From the NCBI GenBank assembly GCA_963555755.3, contig OY820905.2, forward strand, positions 3,968,001-4,032,000: DNA of 64,000 bases. Reading direction: 5' to 3'. Shown here piece by piece: positions 53,107-64,000 of the stretch; position 1 is the first letter of the stretch, and every line of letters begins with the position of its first letter. Under the pieces are notes generated by a model that searched no databases, was not told the DNA's origin, and was given only the letters and a program-made list of their open reading frames with translations. Source of the stretch: Nitrospirales bacterium (GTDB taxonomy: Bacteria; Nitrospirota; Nitrospiria; Nitrospirales; UBA8639). The translations under genes and the position numbers were made by a program.

Positions 53107-53634
53107 CTATCGCTTTGAAGAGGGTGGGTTGGTGTTCACGGACTGCTCGACGATAAACCGTGCAATACATAGCACCTCTTTGGGCTCACTGTCTAAGGAC
53201 ACGACGATCATCCATTCTCCAAGATGGAGCTTGGGATGAATTTCTTTCGTACTCCAAATCCGAAACGAGGAAGATTTCTGCACCTTGAGGCGAATATGCG
53301 CCATCGGTTTCCATCCATCACTGGTTTTTTTATGCCAGGTATGGTGGAAGATTTGTGGCGTTGTTGATGTCACGCGATTCCAAAATACCACCTGATGATC
53401 ACTGGTGGTATTAATAACCGGAAGCGGCGCATCCCGGTTTTTGTCTTTCTCGCAATACACGATGGGTGCGTATGGGCTAATAGGAGTTCGATCGACAATG
53501 TGTCGTGCAAGTTCAACTTCAAACAGTTCAGTCTGCCCCCAGGAGGGGGATGTCACGATCAAACAGGTTACAAGAATCAGAAACAGTGATGGGATGAAAG
53601 TGCGAGTCATGATATCGGAGGGTTCAGAATGCAC
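53107..53634 (-). CDS. Exported DUF2914-like protein
   Basis: Signal peptide; HTW...FRIWSTK...GEW pattern. Confidence 0.65.
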   Translation of the reverse strand: MHSEPSDIMTRTFIPSLFLILVTCLIVTSPSWGQTELFEVELARHIVDRTPISPYAPIVYCEKDKNRDAPLPVINTTSDHQVVFWNRVTSTTPQIFHHTWHKKTSDGWKPMAHIRLKVQKSSSFRIWSTKEIHPKLHLGEWMIVVSLDSEPKEVLCIARFIVEQSVNTNPPSSKR

Positions 53635-54108
53635 ACTACGGATTCAACCTAGAAACGGCGGTTTTGCACCCAACTGCCGTTTCTAATTTCAATAGGAGGA
53701 ACGTAGGTCATCTTGCATGGGATGTCAATACACGGAAAAGCGAGAGGGAGTGTGGCCAAAGGGGGTGCAGACACCTCACGGTCGTTCAGGGCGAAGGGTG
53801 TGCAGGGGATGACCAACGGAGGTGAAAACCATTTAGCCGCACTCTGTTCACACAACACCTCTTGAATAGAGAGTATAGAGAAATAGTTGTCAGAATCGTG
53901 TGATGCATATCACATAAGGGGTGCCTGGTATACGTCAAAGTAGGTTCTTTGGAATGATTTCATAGTGTTGGCAAAGAGAAACGAGAGGTTGTGGGGTTGC
54001 TTGTGAATGAAAGACCAGAGCGGGTTGACACTGGTTACCGCACGAAATATGATGGCGTCTGGTTTTGATAGCGTAAACCCGCCGTTCGCACAACACCTCC
54101 TTTCGAGA

Positions 54109-54183
54109 GCCGGCGTAGCTCAGTGGCAGAGCAACGGTTTCGTAAACCGTAGGTCGGTGGTTCAACCCCACTCGCCGGCTCCA
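54109..54183 (+). tRNA. tRNA-Thr(CGT)
   Basis: Cloverleaf gccggcg/cgccggc, anticodon CGT, encoded CCA. Confidence 0.95.
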
Positions 54184-54188
54184 TTAAA

Positions 54189-54563
54189 TCAATAACTTAC
54201 AGCAGGTGTGATTGGAGTCGAAACGGCAGGTGTTATTACGGTGTTAATTTTGGCAGCTGCTCGTAGCAAATCGTCTTCATTAACGTTGTTGTAGCGACGG
54301 TGCATCTTCTCAGATTTGTGCCCTACAATCTTCATAGCCGTTACAGAATCGATCCCTGCCCTTCTGAGATTAGTTGCAGCACAGTGTCTCAGATCATGAA
54401 AGCGGAAATCCTCGACTCCAGCACGTTTTAAAGCTGTTTTAAACGCATTCTTGATTTCATTTATCGGCTTTCCATCGTACAAAAACACACGGCTGGTTGA
54501 TAAACTCCGCACCTTTGACAGTTCAATTAGACACTTTCGAGAATCCTCAGTCAGTGGGACCAC
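54189..54563 (-). pseudogene. Tyrosine integrase C-terminal remnant
   Basis: FHDLRH, VGH and RY catalytic motifs; N-terminus replaced by a transposase fragment; abuts the tRNA 3' end. Confidence 0.88.
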
Positions 54564-54564
54564 C

Positions 54565-55014
54565 TCTCACGGAGATGCCAGCCAACCGGTGGTACTCGGA
54601 CTGCCCAAAGCGCATCCAGGCACGCTCACACAGCTTCTTGGTGGCTGGCCCCGAGAGCGTGCCGTGCAGCTCATCGGTCTGCGCCACCAACCGGATGTCC
54701 GCTAGCGTATAGGTGCAGCGAAACCCTTGGACGGTGCGCTGACGCCGTTGGAGTTGGCCGGTTTGGAGGTCCTGCTGACTCAACCGTTTGGCCTGGATCC
54801 GGGAATAGTCGCTGACCTTCTGGAGAAAGTCCAGCAGGCGCCCCTTCTCGGCTTTGCCGAGCTGGTGGTAGTGGAAACGGAGCAACAGGGTCTGAATCCA
54901 GGCATAACGGGCATCCTTACCTTCAATACTGCATTCAATGGCTCCGACCCCGTTGAGAAATTGACGAACGTGTTCGATGGTCTTGATTGTTGTGTCGTTC
55001 ATGATGATGTGCAT
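54565..55014 (-). pseudogene. Truncated transposase (ISNCY/IS481-like N-terminus)
   Basis: YSRIQAKRL, DELHGTLSGPATKK and RLAGISV motifs; 16-bp direct repeats ttcagtatcatttcat upstream. Confidence 0.65.
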
Positions 55015-55219
55015 TCCTCATCATGAACAGAACCCGGACCCTGTTCAGTATCATTTCATGGTAGAATCATGCTCTCCCTTCAGTATCATTTCATATTGGA
55101 AGAGACTCAGTCTTTACTTTTGTATCACAAAGGAGCAGACTATTTATTAACTACATACACATACAAAGGATGGACCTATGGGGTAGCGAATCTTCGGATA
55201 GCTTCACATCATAGGACGT

Positions 55220-55270
55220 AATAAGAACGCCCTTCGGGATACTATACGCCCAAAGGGCGTTCTTATTTTT
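55220..55270. terminator. Terminator-like hairpin
   Basis: aataagaacgccctt / aagggcgttcttatt followed by a T run. Confidence 0.6.
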
Positions 55271-55389
55271 AGTAAGAGTTAAAAAACTGAGCAACTCCCG
55301 CTGATCATAAGTTATTAGTGGTAAAGCACTTGGAGGTATACCTTAACGCTAGAGAACTTTTGAACGGTTCACACAAAGGAGGTGTTGCC

Positions 55390-55977
55390 ATGATCAATAC
55401 AGCCTTTTCCAAGGGAACCATGTTTGTGGGAATTACGTTGGTCGCCCTTGCGGGAATTTTCGTGGGGACAACCGAATCCAGGGGCCAGGACGGTGTCCCA
55501 CCAGAGCAGGTTGCCGCCTACATTCATGCGGTGATTGAAGCGGATAGGACCTTGTACACCACCCTTGTCGTGCAGAGGATGCAACAGCAGGGAATAGTCA
55601 TTGCCTCACAACATTGGAAGAGTAGATCTCAGCTTCCCCTTCCAGCTCAGATGCTACTGCTTGCGGGACTCGAAGTGGAAGGAATGGGAACGGGTTTGAA
55701 GTATCGACTGGCAAGCTTATGGCCCCTCGAGGAGGAAAATGGCCCAGCCAATGTCTTCGAAAAAACAGGATTAGAAGTTGTGGCTGATGATCCTAGTGAG
55801 GTTTATTCGGGAACCATACAAAGGGGGAAACTGAAGTATTTTAAAGCTATCTACGCGGATAGGGCTGTTTCCCCAGCCTGTGTCGAGTGCCATAACGGAC
55901 ACCTACTCAGTCCGAAGCGGGACTATAAACTCGGCGATGTGATGGGCGGGGTCATTATCTCCTTCCCTATAGAATGA
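55390..55977 (+). CDS. DUF3365/Tll0287-like c-type heme protein
   Basis: aggagg SD, signal anchor, LPLPAQ, CVECH and GDVMGG motifs. Confidence 0.82.
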   Translation: MINTAFSKGTMFVGITLVALAGIFVGTTESRGQDGVPPEQVAAYIHAVIEADRTLYTTLVVQRMQQQGIVIASQHWKSRSQLPLPAQMLLLAGLEVEGMGTGLKYRLASLWPLEEENGPANVFEKTGLEVVADDPSEVYSGTIQRGKLKYFKAIYADRAVSPACVECHNGHLLSPKRDYKLGDVMGGVIISFPIE

Positions 55978-56180
55978 CAGAAGACCAGGGCAAAGAATAT
56001 TAAATACAGTTGAGAAATAGGAATTTTAAAGGGCCTTTTTGTTTTCTGAGTATTGTTGGGGGGGAGTCTACGCTGTTTCTTTTGGTGTGCGACAACTAAG
56101 ATGTGCGAAATAAGGGCTCGGGTTGACCTGAAAAAGAATCCAGATATTGTCTGCTTTTCTGTCCGAGAAGGGAGGCCATC

Positions 56181-56675
56181 ATGAGCATCGCACGAAAACT
56201 CAAGGAATATCTCGATGATCAAGAGGTTCATTACGAAGTCTTAATTCATGAAGAGGCATATACCTCCCCGGAGATTGCCCATACGCTTCACGTACCGGGG
56301 AAGGACCTCGCCAAGGTGATCATGGTGAAGGTCGAGGAAAGATTTGTAATGACGGTGCTCCCCTCCACTTGGAAGGTGGATCCCAACCGACTCAAAGAGG
56401 TTTTTCAAGCACACCATGTACGATTGGCCACTGAGGATGAGTTCAAGGGATTGTTCCCGGATTGCGACCTCGGTGCGATGCCGCCGTTTGGCAATCTCTA
56501 CGGTTTAGACGTGTATGTAGACCGCTCACTCACAGAAGATGAGGAAATTGTTTTCCAAGCCGGAACCCATCAGGGAGCCATAAGAATGCGATACCAAGAT
56601 TTCGCTGCTCTTGTGGGGCCTACGGTGGAAGAATTCCACCAGCCACTCGCCAAGGTGTCGGAAGGCCAGAAATGA
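56181..56675 (+). CDS. YbaK/ProX-family aminoacyl-tRNA deacylase
   Basis: LAKVI, LATEDE, GAMPPFG and FQAGTH motifs. Confidence 0.9.
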   Translation: MSIARKLKEYLDDQEVHYEVLIHEEAYTSPEIAHTLHVPGKDLAKVIMVKVEERFVMTVLPSTWKVDPNRLKEVFQAHHVRLATEDEFKGLFPDCDLGAMPPFGNLYGLDVYVDRSLTEDEEIVFQAGTHQGAIRMRYQDFAALVGPTVEEFHQPLAKVSEGQK

Positions 56676-57206
56676 TTCCAAGAAAGATGTTTTATTTGAC
56701 TTCCTATGGCAAGAAGTTTACGATTTTTTTGACTTGGTCAAGAAACCTTTTTCAAGGATAGGCAATGGAATCCATCCATTGAAATATTTATGGTTGAAAC
56801 ATGAGGGGGTCTTGTATGAACGACCTGAATCCACCGCGATCCCTCGCTCCCTGCCAGTGATGACCATCGTTTGTTGCTGAAGGCGGGCGTCCTTTTTTAA
56901 CCGAGTTGTCTGATTTAAAAGCGAGCCTCTCCGAAAACACCTGGATGCCGATAGGCATGGGCCAAGAGGCCACTAACGAAGTATTTATGGAGGGTCGTGA
57001 GGAGTTTATAGTGGACGGACTGAGAAAGGGTCTGGTCCAAGACAACCGGTTCTCTCAGATTCAAGATATATAAAAGCCGGCTTCACCCTGGCAGGTGGTA
57101 CAGAAAATTCAAGATAAAATAAGCGTCCTAAGCGCTAAAGAAGGGCTACTCATCTTGGGGGGTAGCCCTTCTTTTTTCCCCAAGACCCCCTTTGATAGCT
57201 TGTTAT

Positions 57207-57338
57207 GGTATTGTCAACTAAAGCCAGATTTGGCTGACTGGATGTGTGGAGCGCACCGCGTAATCCCGGACAAATCAATGGATTCTCTCCAGGCGAATGG
57301 TGGGCTCAGGGTGGAATTTTCGGTAAGTTGACAATACC
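57207..57338. mobile_element. Miniature IS6 derivative
   Basis: TIR ggtattgtcaact / agttgacaatacc, the same as the neighbouring IS6, 132 bp. Confidence 0.78.
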
Positions 57339-57450
57339 GTTCCACCCCTCCTCGTCCAACCCTGCATATGGGTTTCCCACACACGAATTTCTCCGCCCCC
57401 CGTCCCCGACAAACTGCCAATGGCTATCCAAAGGACGGTATCGAAAAGTA

Positions 57451-57479
57451 TTGACAAGCCTCATGAGGAGGCCTAACAT
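57451..57479 (+). promoter_or_regulatory. Sigma70-like promoter
   Basis: TTGACA-17 bp-TAACAT. Confidence 0.6.
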
Positions 57480-57653
57480 TTGAAATGCAACCAGGTACTT
57501 TTTTAGACGAAACTTTATTCCTGGTTGTGATATTCCTGGGTGGAGGTGTCGCTCGAATTTGAACTGGAGTAGGATAAATTGAACTATCCTTCACGGTGAA
57601 AGAGACCGCTGTCCTGCTCAAGGGAAAACCGGCACCAACACCAGTGGAGTTAA

Positions 57654-57690
57654 GGAAGCGCCACGTTTTTCGTGGCGTTTCCTTTTTTAT
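57654..57690 (+). terminator. Intrinsic terminator
   Basis: aggaagcgccacg / cgtggcgtttcct followed by a T run. Confidence 0.75.
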
Positions 57691-57790
57691 GCCCAAGATA
57701 CAACCCCGTATGGTCAAAAACTCATCCAGCCTTGCGGTTCTTCAAAACTCAAATATTTTAATGGGGATGAATGTATAGAAGGGACAGGAG

Positions 57791-58583
57791 GGTATTGTCA
57801 ACTTAACGATCGATGGGCACATTGAACCAGCTACGCCAAGCTGCTTATGCGCACACCGCTGCCTCCCAGACCTGAAATGCCTGAGTACGCAACAGTCGAT
57901 AATGGACCGCCTGCATGAGGTGGCGGCCAAGACGAAAGAGATTCTGTGTGAGTCCGTGTAACGTCAAAAACCGTTGAGCGTGAGTTGCTGAAGAAAACCC
58001 TCGCATATGATATTCTTGTTGCCGCGTGGGTTGGTGTGACACTTTAACTCGCTTATTGGCGTGGACCGCATTGATAGGCTCGACGGTCGGCATGACGACC
58101 CGGTGTGCGGCGCCGTAGCTTGTGAGTGTGTCGGTGATCATCCAGCGCGGCTCACGGCCTTGGCCTTTCAGTAAGCGGCGGAAGAAGCGCACCGCGGCTT
58201 TTTTGTTACGATGACGCTGCACGAGAATATCAATGGTATCGCCGTCTTGGTCCACGGCTCGCCAGAGATAGTGGCGTTCCCCTTGAATGGTGATAAATAC
58301 TTCGTCGATGTGCCACACGTCGCCTAAGCAGCCTTGGCGCTTTTTGAGTTTTTGCGCATAATTGGGTCCAAACTTCTGGCACCATTGACGAATGGTCTCA
58401 TAGGTCATTGTAATGCCGCGTTCGGCGAGGAGTTCTTCAACCTCACGGAAGCTGAGGCAGAAACGATGGTACAGCCAGACGGCGTGACTGATAATTTCGG
58501 AAGGAAAGCGATGGCGTGGGTAGCTGGGTGGTTTATTTTTCATGCCGCCCAGTCTGGCAAGTGCAACTTAAATTGACAATACC
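57791..58583 (-). mobile_element. IS6-family IS (transposase 57845-58543, probably inactive)
   Basis: TIRs; WHIDEVF and YLWRAVD motifs; the third catalytic E appears replaced (NKRVKVSHQ). Confidence 0.9.
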
Positions 58584-58975
58584 CTTTGGTGTGCTGTAAT
58601 TCGATTTGCGCCAAGCCAAAGAGGACCCCGGCGACGACATGGCCAATGGTGCCTTGTAAGTCGATTTGTTGTGTGACCGAGACGACCCGGACGTTTTGAT
58701 TACACCAGTCAGCCAAGACGTTGATGCCTTCGCGGTGATTTCGGGCCAGCCTATCGAGTTTCCAGACAATGACGGTTTTTATGGTGCCATCAAACGATGG
58801 CGCGTTGTAGTTTTTGGAAGCCGGGGCGTTTTAATGATCGTCCGGATTCCTTGTCTTCAAACCAGATGATGTCCTTCTTCGGCAGGCGTTGGCTTTTCAT
58901 CCATTGCTCAATTTCCGCTTTCTGGCTGTCGGTCTTTTGAGTGTGTGAGGATATGCGAACATAGACGGCGATCAT
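58584..58975 (-). pseudogene. Serine recombinase (resolvase), frameshifted and truncated by IS6
   Basis: YVRISS..Q and ESG...RP motifs, then VWKLDRLAR in another frame. Confidence 0.82.
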
Positions 58976-59139
58976 CTCAATTAGGGCACACCCTATTTGA
59001 GAGGTTGTCACGACAGCCAAACACCCTGTAAACATGCGGGTTTGAAAACGTGAATTTCAGAGGGACCCTATTTGAGAGTAAAAGTAACGTTTTCTAGAAA
59101 GCAGATGTTGGGGTTTCCCCCCTGAAGACTAGATTCAAC

Positions 59140-59415
59140 TTACTTACCCTGTTTATTGTATTTTGGCTGTGATCGAGCGATTATAGTTTTCTCTGTTTGT
59201 GCTGCTTCCTTTTTAGTGGGCATTTGCTGAATTTGCACTTTCGCACCCGGGATATTTCCTAAATGGTCCTGCAAGCGATCTTGGACATTTCCGCGTCCTG
59301 CAATACCTGTGTAATTGTTATTCCCCGCTTCGGTTAAAATTTTGTAAACGACTGGTTTGTCATTGGGCAACTTGTCGATTCCCTGTTTAGTGAAATTTAC
59401 AGTTTTTTTACTCAT
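59140..59415 (-). CDS. Small GIY-YIG-like protein
   Basis: PVVY..NYTG..R..RL..H, E and YN pattern; aggga SD. Confidence 0.65.
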   Translation of the reverse strand: MSKKTVNFTKQGIDKLPNDKPVVYKILTEAGNNNYTGIAGRGNVQDRLQDHLGNIPGAKVQIQQMPTKKEAAQTEKTIIARSQPKYNKQGK

Positions 59416-59763
59416 GGATTTCTCCCTTCACGCAAAAATTGTTAATACTCGTCATTCATCATATAAATAACCATGAATTGATAGAAGTTAATGAATTGAG
59501 GATTATTTCGTCCATTTAGGCCGAGGGGTTGGCGCTTTGCGGCGGCGGCGTTGGTACTGGTTTTGGTCAAATTTACTGTATTTAAATTTGTAGCCGTATC
59601 GACGTGGACGGATTTTAGCAGCTTTAAAAAAGGACGCAGTGATATGCATGGGGAAAGTATGAATCAGGAAGAGGGAAAAGCTAAAGCTTTAAGTTTTTCT
59701 TGTCCACAAAAGGAAATTTGACAAGAAGCTTGCATGGGGGTACAATTGTATGTACAGTTATAT

Positions 59764-60036
59764 GTGGACGTTGAATGGCATGAAGACAAACGGGAATATA
59801 ACTTGGAAAAGCACAGAATCGACTTTGTGCGGGCCGCGAAGATTTTTGAAAATCCCATTGTCGAACGCCTTGATGATCGAGAAGACTATGGCGAAGACCG
59901 CTATATTGCCATTGGTCATTGGGAAAAACAGTTTTTAGTCGTGGTTTATATATGGCGGGATAACAGTCGCCTGATTATTTCGGCATGGAAGGCAGGACGT
60001 GATGAAGAAAGAACGTATTACGACAGTCTCGCTTGA
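59764..60036 (+). CDS. BrnT-family toxin
   Basis: EW..K...NLEKH.IDF, YGEDRY and IISA motifs. Confidence 0.88.
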   Translation: MDVEWHEDKREYNLEKHRIDFVRAAKIFENPIVERLDDREDYGEDRYIAIGHWEKQFLVVVYIWRDNSRLIISAWKAGRDEERTYYDSLA

Positions 60037-60283
60037 GAAGGTGAAGACAATGAAGGACCGGACGCGCAAGGATGCGCCCGAGGGTCCCTCTTTGGGTAAG
60101 GACTTTTGGAAAGATGCTCATGTCGTTTATCCAGATGGTCCAAAGGAAGCGGTGAAAGTTCGGTATGATCGGGACGTGCTGGAGTGGTTTAAAGCGCAAG
60201 GCCGTGGCTATCAAACTCGGATGAATGCCGTGCTGCGTTCCTACTATGAAGCGCATAAGGATGAGCCTGCTCCGAAACGGTAG
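60002..60283 (+). CDS. BrnA-family antitoxin
   Basis: DVLEWFKAQGRGYQTRMNAVLR motif. Confidence 0.88.
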   Translation: MKKERITTVSLEKVKTMKDRTRKDAPEGPSLGKDFWKDAHVVYPDGPKEAVKVRYDRDVLEWFKAQGRGYQTRMNAVLRSYYEAHKDEPAPKR

Positions 60284-60313
60284 GGCTGAATAAGAATAAA
60301 TTAAAGGAAGGTA

Positions 60314-61502
60314 GTGTAGTGTCCTAAATAGATTGTACATTATAACGCATTCTGCTATCATCACGATATTATTCATGCTCGTGTTGAGGAGGGGAGTATG
60401 CGTCAAGCCGTGCCGATCACCTTAAGAGCTGGGGACCGTCAGCAGTTACAACGGCAGATCCGAAGTCGCCGCAGTGTGGTCCGATTGGTGGAACGTGCCA
60501 AGATTGTCCTGCTGGCGGCAGCCGGGAATACCAACAAAGAGATTAGTCTGGTGCTGGGGATTGATCCGCATAAAGTGGGGCGATGGCGCAATCGGTATGC
60601 AGCGCAAGGATACCCTGGCATCCTCAAAGATGCGCCGCGCGGAGCCAACCACGGCGGCAAGAAGACGGAAGACCAGACGCGGCTGAGGCAGAAGATTCTT
60701 CGCCGCACCACCCAGGACAAACCCAAGGGCGCGACCCACTGGTCCACCCGGTCCATGGCACAGGCTGTGGGCTGTCAGCATAGTTTCGTCCAGCGCGTCT
60801 GGAAAGCCCATGGCTTGAAGCCCCATCTGGTGAAACACTTTAAAATTAGCAATGCCCCCCGGTTTGAGGAGAAATGACACGACGTGGTGGGGCTTTATCT
60901 CAATCCCCCCGAAAAAGCCGTGGTGTTGTGTGTGGACGAGAAGAGTTCGATTCAGGCCTTGGATCGGACGCAGCCGGGCCTGCCGATGAAGAAGGGCCGC
61001 TGTGGAACGATGACACACGATTATACGCGCCATGGCACGAGCACCCTGTTTGCGGCGCTGGCTGTCCTGAGTGGACAGATTGTGGGGACATGTATGCCGC
61101 GGCACCGGCATCAGGAATTTCTGAAGTTTCTGACCGTGATTGATCGAACCGTCGACAAGACGCTCGACTGGCATATTAGCATGGATAATGATGCCACGCA
61201 TAAACATGCGAAGGTCCAGGCCTGGCTCGCCAAGCACCCGCGGGTACATTTTCACTTTATTCCGACCAGTTCATCGTGGCTGAATTTGGTCGAACGATTC
61301 TTCGCCAACATCACGGCCAAGCAGATCCGGCGTGGAGTGTTTCGGTCCGTGGAAGAATTGGAAGCCGCGATTGGGGACTATATTGCCCAGAACAATACGG
61401 CCCCAAAACCGTTTGTGTGGACGAAATCGGCGGAAACAATTCTAAAAAAGGTCCGCCGGGCGAAGGCCGCACTTAATGCACTACCTGTTTAGGACACTAC
61501 AC
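60314..61502 (+). mobile_element. IS630-family IS with an in-frame nonsense codon at 60875
   Basis: TIR gtgtagtgtcctaaa, TA duplication; [13 protein letters not shown] and SWLNLVE motifs; both ORFs in the same frame. Confidence 0.9.
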
Positions 61503-61748
61503 TAGTGAAGTGATTCTTGCCTGGAAATTAATCCTTTCATGCCATGCGCCAACCTTGAATGACATAGATCCAACGAAGTAAATAAGGGCCAGTATGCTAC
61601 CGCCGACCCCGAGAATTTGGGGAAGAGATAAACTTTGGAAAAGGTCCTTAATCGAGATGCGAGAAATGTCTGGTCCTCCAGGTTCTTCTTCAGGGAATTC
61701 GACTTTTCTCCCAGTCTTGGATCTTGTAGATGGGATTCGGGAATTCAT
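61497..61748 (-). pseudogene. Hypothetical membrane protein truncated by IS630
   Basis: aggag SD; the stop codon falls in the IS630 end. Confidence 0.5.
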
Positions 61749-62045
61749 TGCTATAAAAACTCCTTGTGAGTTAAAGGTTGACGCACCGAGTAGGGGGTAC
61801 TCCTCCACAGAGCCCCCTACCCGCCTGTTGATACGTGTTGTTTGATTTTCCTGCTTTCTTTGCCATTACGTTCCTCGGCACTACTGTCAAAAACCTTCAC
61901 ACCTCGCTGCGGTAATTTTTGCCTACTTGCTACTCTGTATCGGTACGAACATTGTTCACTTTAGTTTTTTTATGCCCTGTTGCTTATAAATTGGTCCATA
62001 TTCCTTTCATAACACTTCGGGGAGACCCCACGAGAGCTTAAGTCC

Positions 62046-63515
62046 CTATGCCAAAGTTTTGACATTTTCTTTCTCTAACACCTCGGAATGACCTTTATTA
62101 TCTGAAGTACCTAGAGCTAACCCGGTAATGGTGTAACTGGGGGCATGAGGTGTCTGGGTCAGCCCCACGGGGATAATCTGATCGTATACTTGAGATGTTG
62201 TTCCGTAGTACACCACGTAATGCGAGAGATCAGATTCTGGATTCTTCTGCCACGATAACTGCGCCGTGCCATTATTATTGTTAGTGTCTCCAGCCTCGGT
62301 TGTCACTGAGGTGGCTGAAGACAGGGCTGACACATTTCCTGCTTCATCTATTGCTTGAATAGTATAGGAGTAGGATGTGAAAGGCGTGAGCCCTGAATCG
62401 ACATAATTGAGATCCGTGGTAGTCGAGATCATGATGGCATCGCGATAAACATTGTAGCCGGTGACCCCGGTGTTATCCGTGGCTGCCTCCCAAGAGATGG
62501 TGGCCTGGGTTGATGAATTTGCCACAGCGGACAGAATCGACGGGATGCTCGGTGGCGTGGTATCCGCAGTCGGCCCACCCTCAGACATGATGGCGACCGA
62601 GTACATGCTTCCGCCTTTTCCCGATTCCCGATTGCCGCCTAAGTTAATGGTGCCGGTTGGGAACGTCTGACTATAGATCTCAAAATCCGTGTCACTGGTG
62701 ATGAGAATATCCCCGGTATTGGTAAAGCTATTCAACCAGGTGGGCTTGGGAGTAATTCGGTCATCGTGCGCCACATAGACGGTCACCGGTTGGTTCACAT
62801 CAAAACTCATGAAGCTGGAACCTGTGGAGCTTTTATCATTGTTCCCCGTCTGAATATAGGTCGTGTTCGTGAGCGTGGGTGGGATGGTGGTGAAGGTATA
62901 CGAGCGATCAATATAAGTCAGGGCACCATTGAGGAGTCCGTCAGGGCCCACAACATAGGCTTTCCCACTCTGCACCTGCAGATTCGTAATTTCTAAAGCA
63001 ATGGGACCCACCTCTACGGGGATGGCTGTGGTCGTCGTTGTATTACCCGCCGCATCGCGTGCGATGGCGGTCAAGGTATAGGTGCCGGGAGTCACGGAAG
63101 AGGTGTCCCAGTCCACGCTGTAGTCATTGGTGGTGTCTTCGGCCCCGAGGTTGGCCCCATCGAGTTGGAACTGAACCCCCACGACTCCAATATTATCCGA
63201 AGCCGTTCCGGAGATAGTCACCATTCCAGAGACAATGTCATTTTCTGATGGAGATGTAATATTGACTGTTGGTGATGTTGTGTCAGTTGACGCCAGAGTG
63301 GTGCCAGAGGCTTCTGTCGAGAGGCCAGATGAATTATCCGCGGCATCATGGGCCTTGACGGTGTAGATATAGGTGGTTTCTGGTGTCAGGTTCGAATCTA
63401 CATGCGAGGTGTTCGGCGTGGTCACCACGGGGGTGCCATCGCGATAGAGGGTATAGCCGGTCACTTCGATATTGTCCGTTGCCTCGCTCCAGGAAATGGG
63501 TACGTCGGTAGCAGA
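62046..63515 (-). pseudogene. Internal fragment of an FN3/Ig-like (Big_7) surface protein
   Basis: Repeated SW..ATDN..VTGY.(L/V)YRD and DAAGN modules; no signal peptide or true start. Confidence 0.78.
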
Positions 63516-63519
63516 GTTT

Positions 63520-63600
63520 GGCGTTTGTGGCCCAGGGCGGGACGCGTGATGTAGCTGCACAGACGTTCGAGTTTCTCTCGCTGCTGGGGACCACACTGGG
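63520..63600 (-). pseudogene. IS91-family transposase fragment
   Basis: REKLERLCSYITRPAL resembles the IS91 Y2 motif. Confidence 0.6.
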
Positions 63601-64000
63601 TGTCGGCAGCGATGGAAATTTCCGGGCATCGCACTCGATCAGTGTTTGATCGATACAACATCGTCAGTGAACGCGATTTATTGCTAGCTGGGAAATTTTT
63701 AAATCAATGGCAGGAAAAGATTGAAGCGGATTTTATTTTTAAGGAGGAATTCGTTTAAAGTCCTATCTAACTAACATTCGTATGGAGGACTCGACCATGA
63801 AACCCCACCTACTAAGATCCATCACCATATTTATTACTTTCTCCGTGTTTTCCTCATGTGCTCACCAATTTCCTCCATCATCGAAATATTTTTTTTCTGA
63901 CCACGTTTTGCAAGGGTTAGCGGAACAGAAGGCTGAGGACGTTATTCAAGAATTAAAGTTAAAGCGGGATAAGAAATATCTGGAAGATCGGAAAGAAAAC

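Noticed and set aside
54189..54563. Integrase remnant as the IntI of the attC array
   Set aside because: It is about 45 kb away, tRNA-associated, and shows no IntI-specific insertion
60870..60890. Programmed frameshift in IS630
   Set aside because: Both ORFs are in the same frame, separated by a TGA, which is a nonsense mutation

Overview
Bacterial chromosomal window, most likely from a Nitrospirota (Nitrospira-like) genome, inferred from gene content. Core blocks: a ThyX-like gene (5'-truncated), serC-serA-hisZ-dnaB-TPR-pilin, a hopanoid/MEP cluster (shc, hpnG-like, mlaC/hpnM-like, dxs, ispG, tRNA-Cys, frameshifted hpnH), an 11-gene respiratory operon (two CydA-like subunits without cydB, Rieske, cytochrome b, several c-type cytochromes, a DMSO-reductase-type heme b subunit), ubiA and tRNA-Thr followed by a decayed island. 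The mobile content is very rich: IS1634 with a divergent DUF6788-like gene, an integrase-less attC cassette array, ISAs1 with a DUF4338/DruA-like N-terminus, three tandem IS1595, IS110, IS6, IS630, three toxin-antitoxin pairs and at least five MITE families. The best signal is the nest at 34.0-39.75 kb, where two RNA-programmed elements target host repeats. One is an IS110 whose complete bridge RNA (target and donor loops matching the actual insertion site and the circle junction) can be read from the sequence. The other is an ORF-less group IIC intron whose EBS1 is complementary to the MITE it sits in. All family assignments come from motif recognition by eye; no database searches were run.
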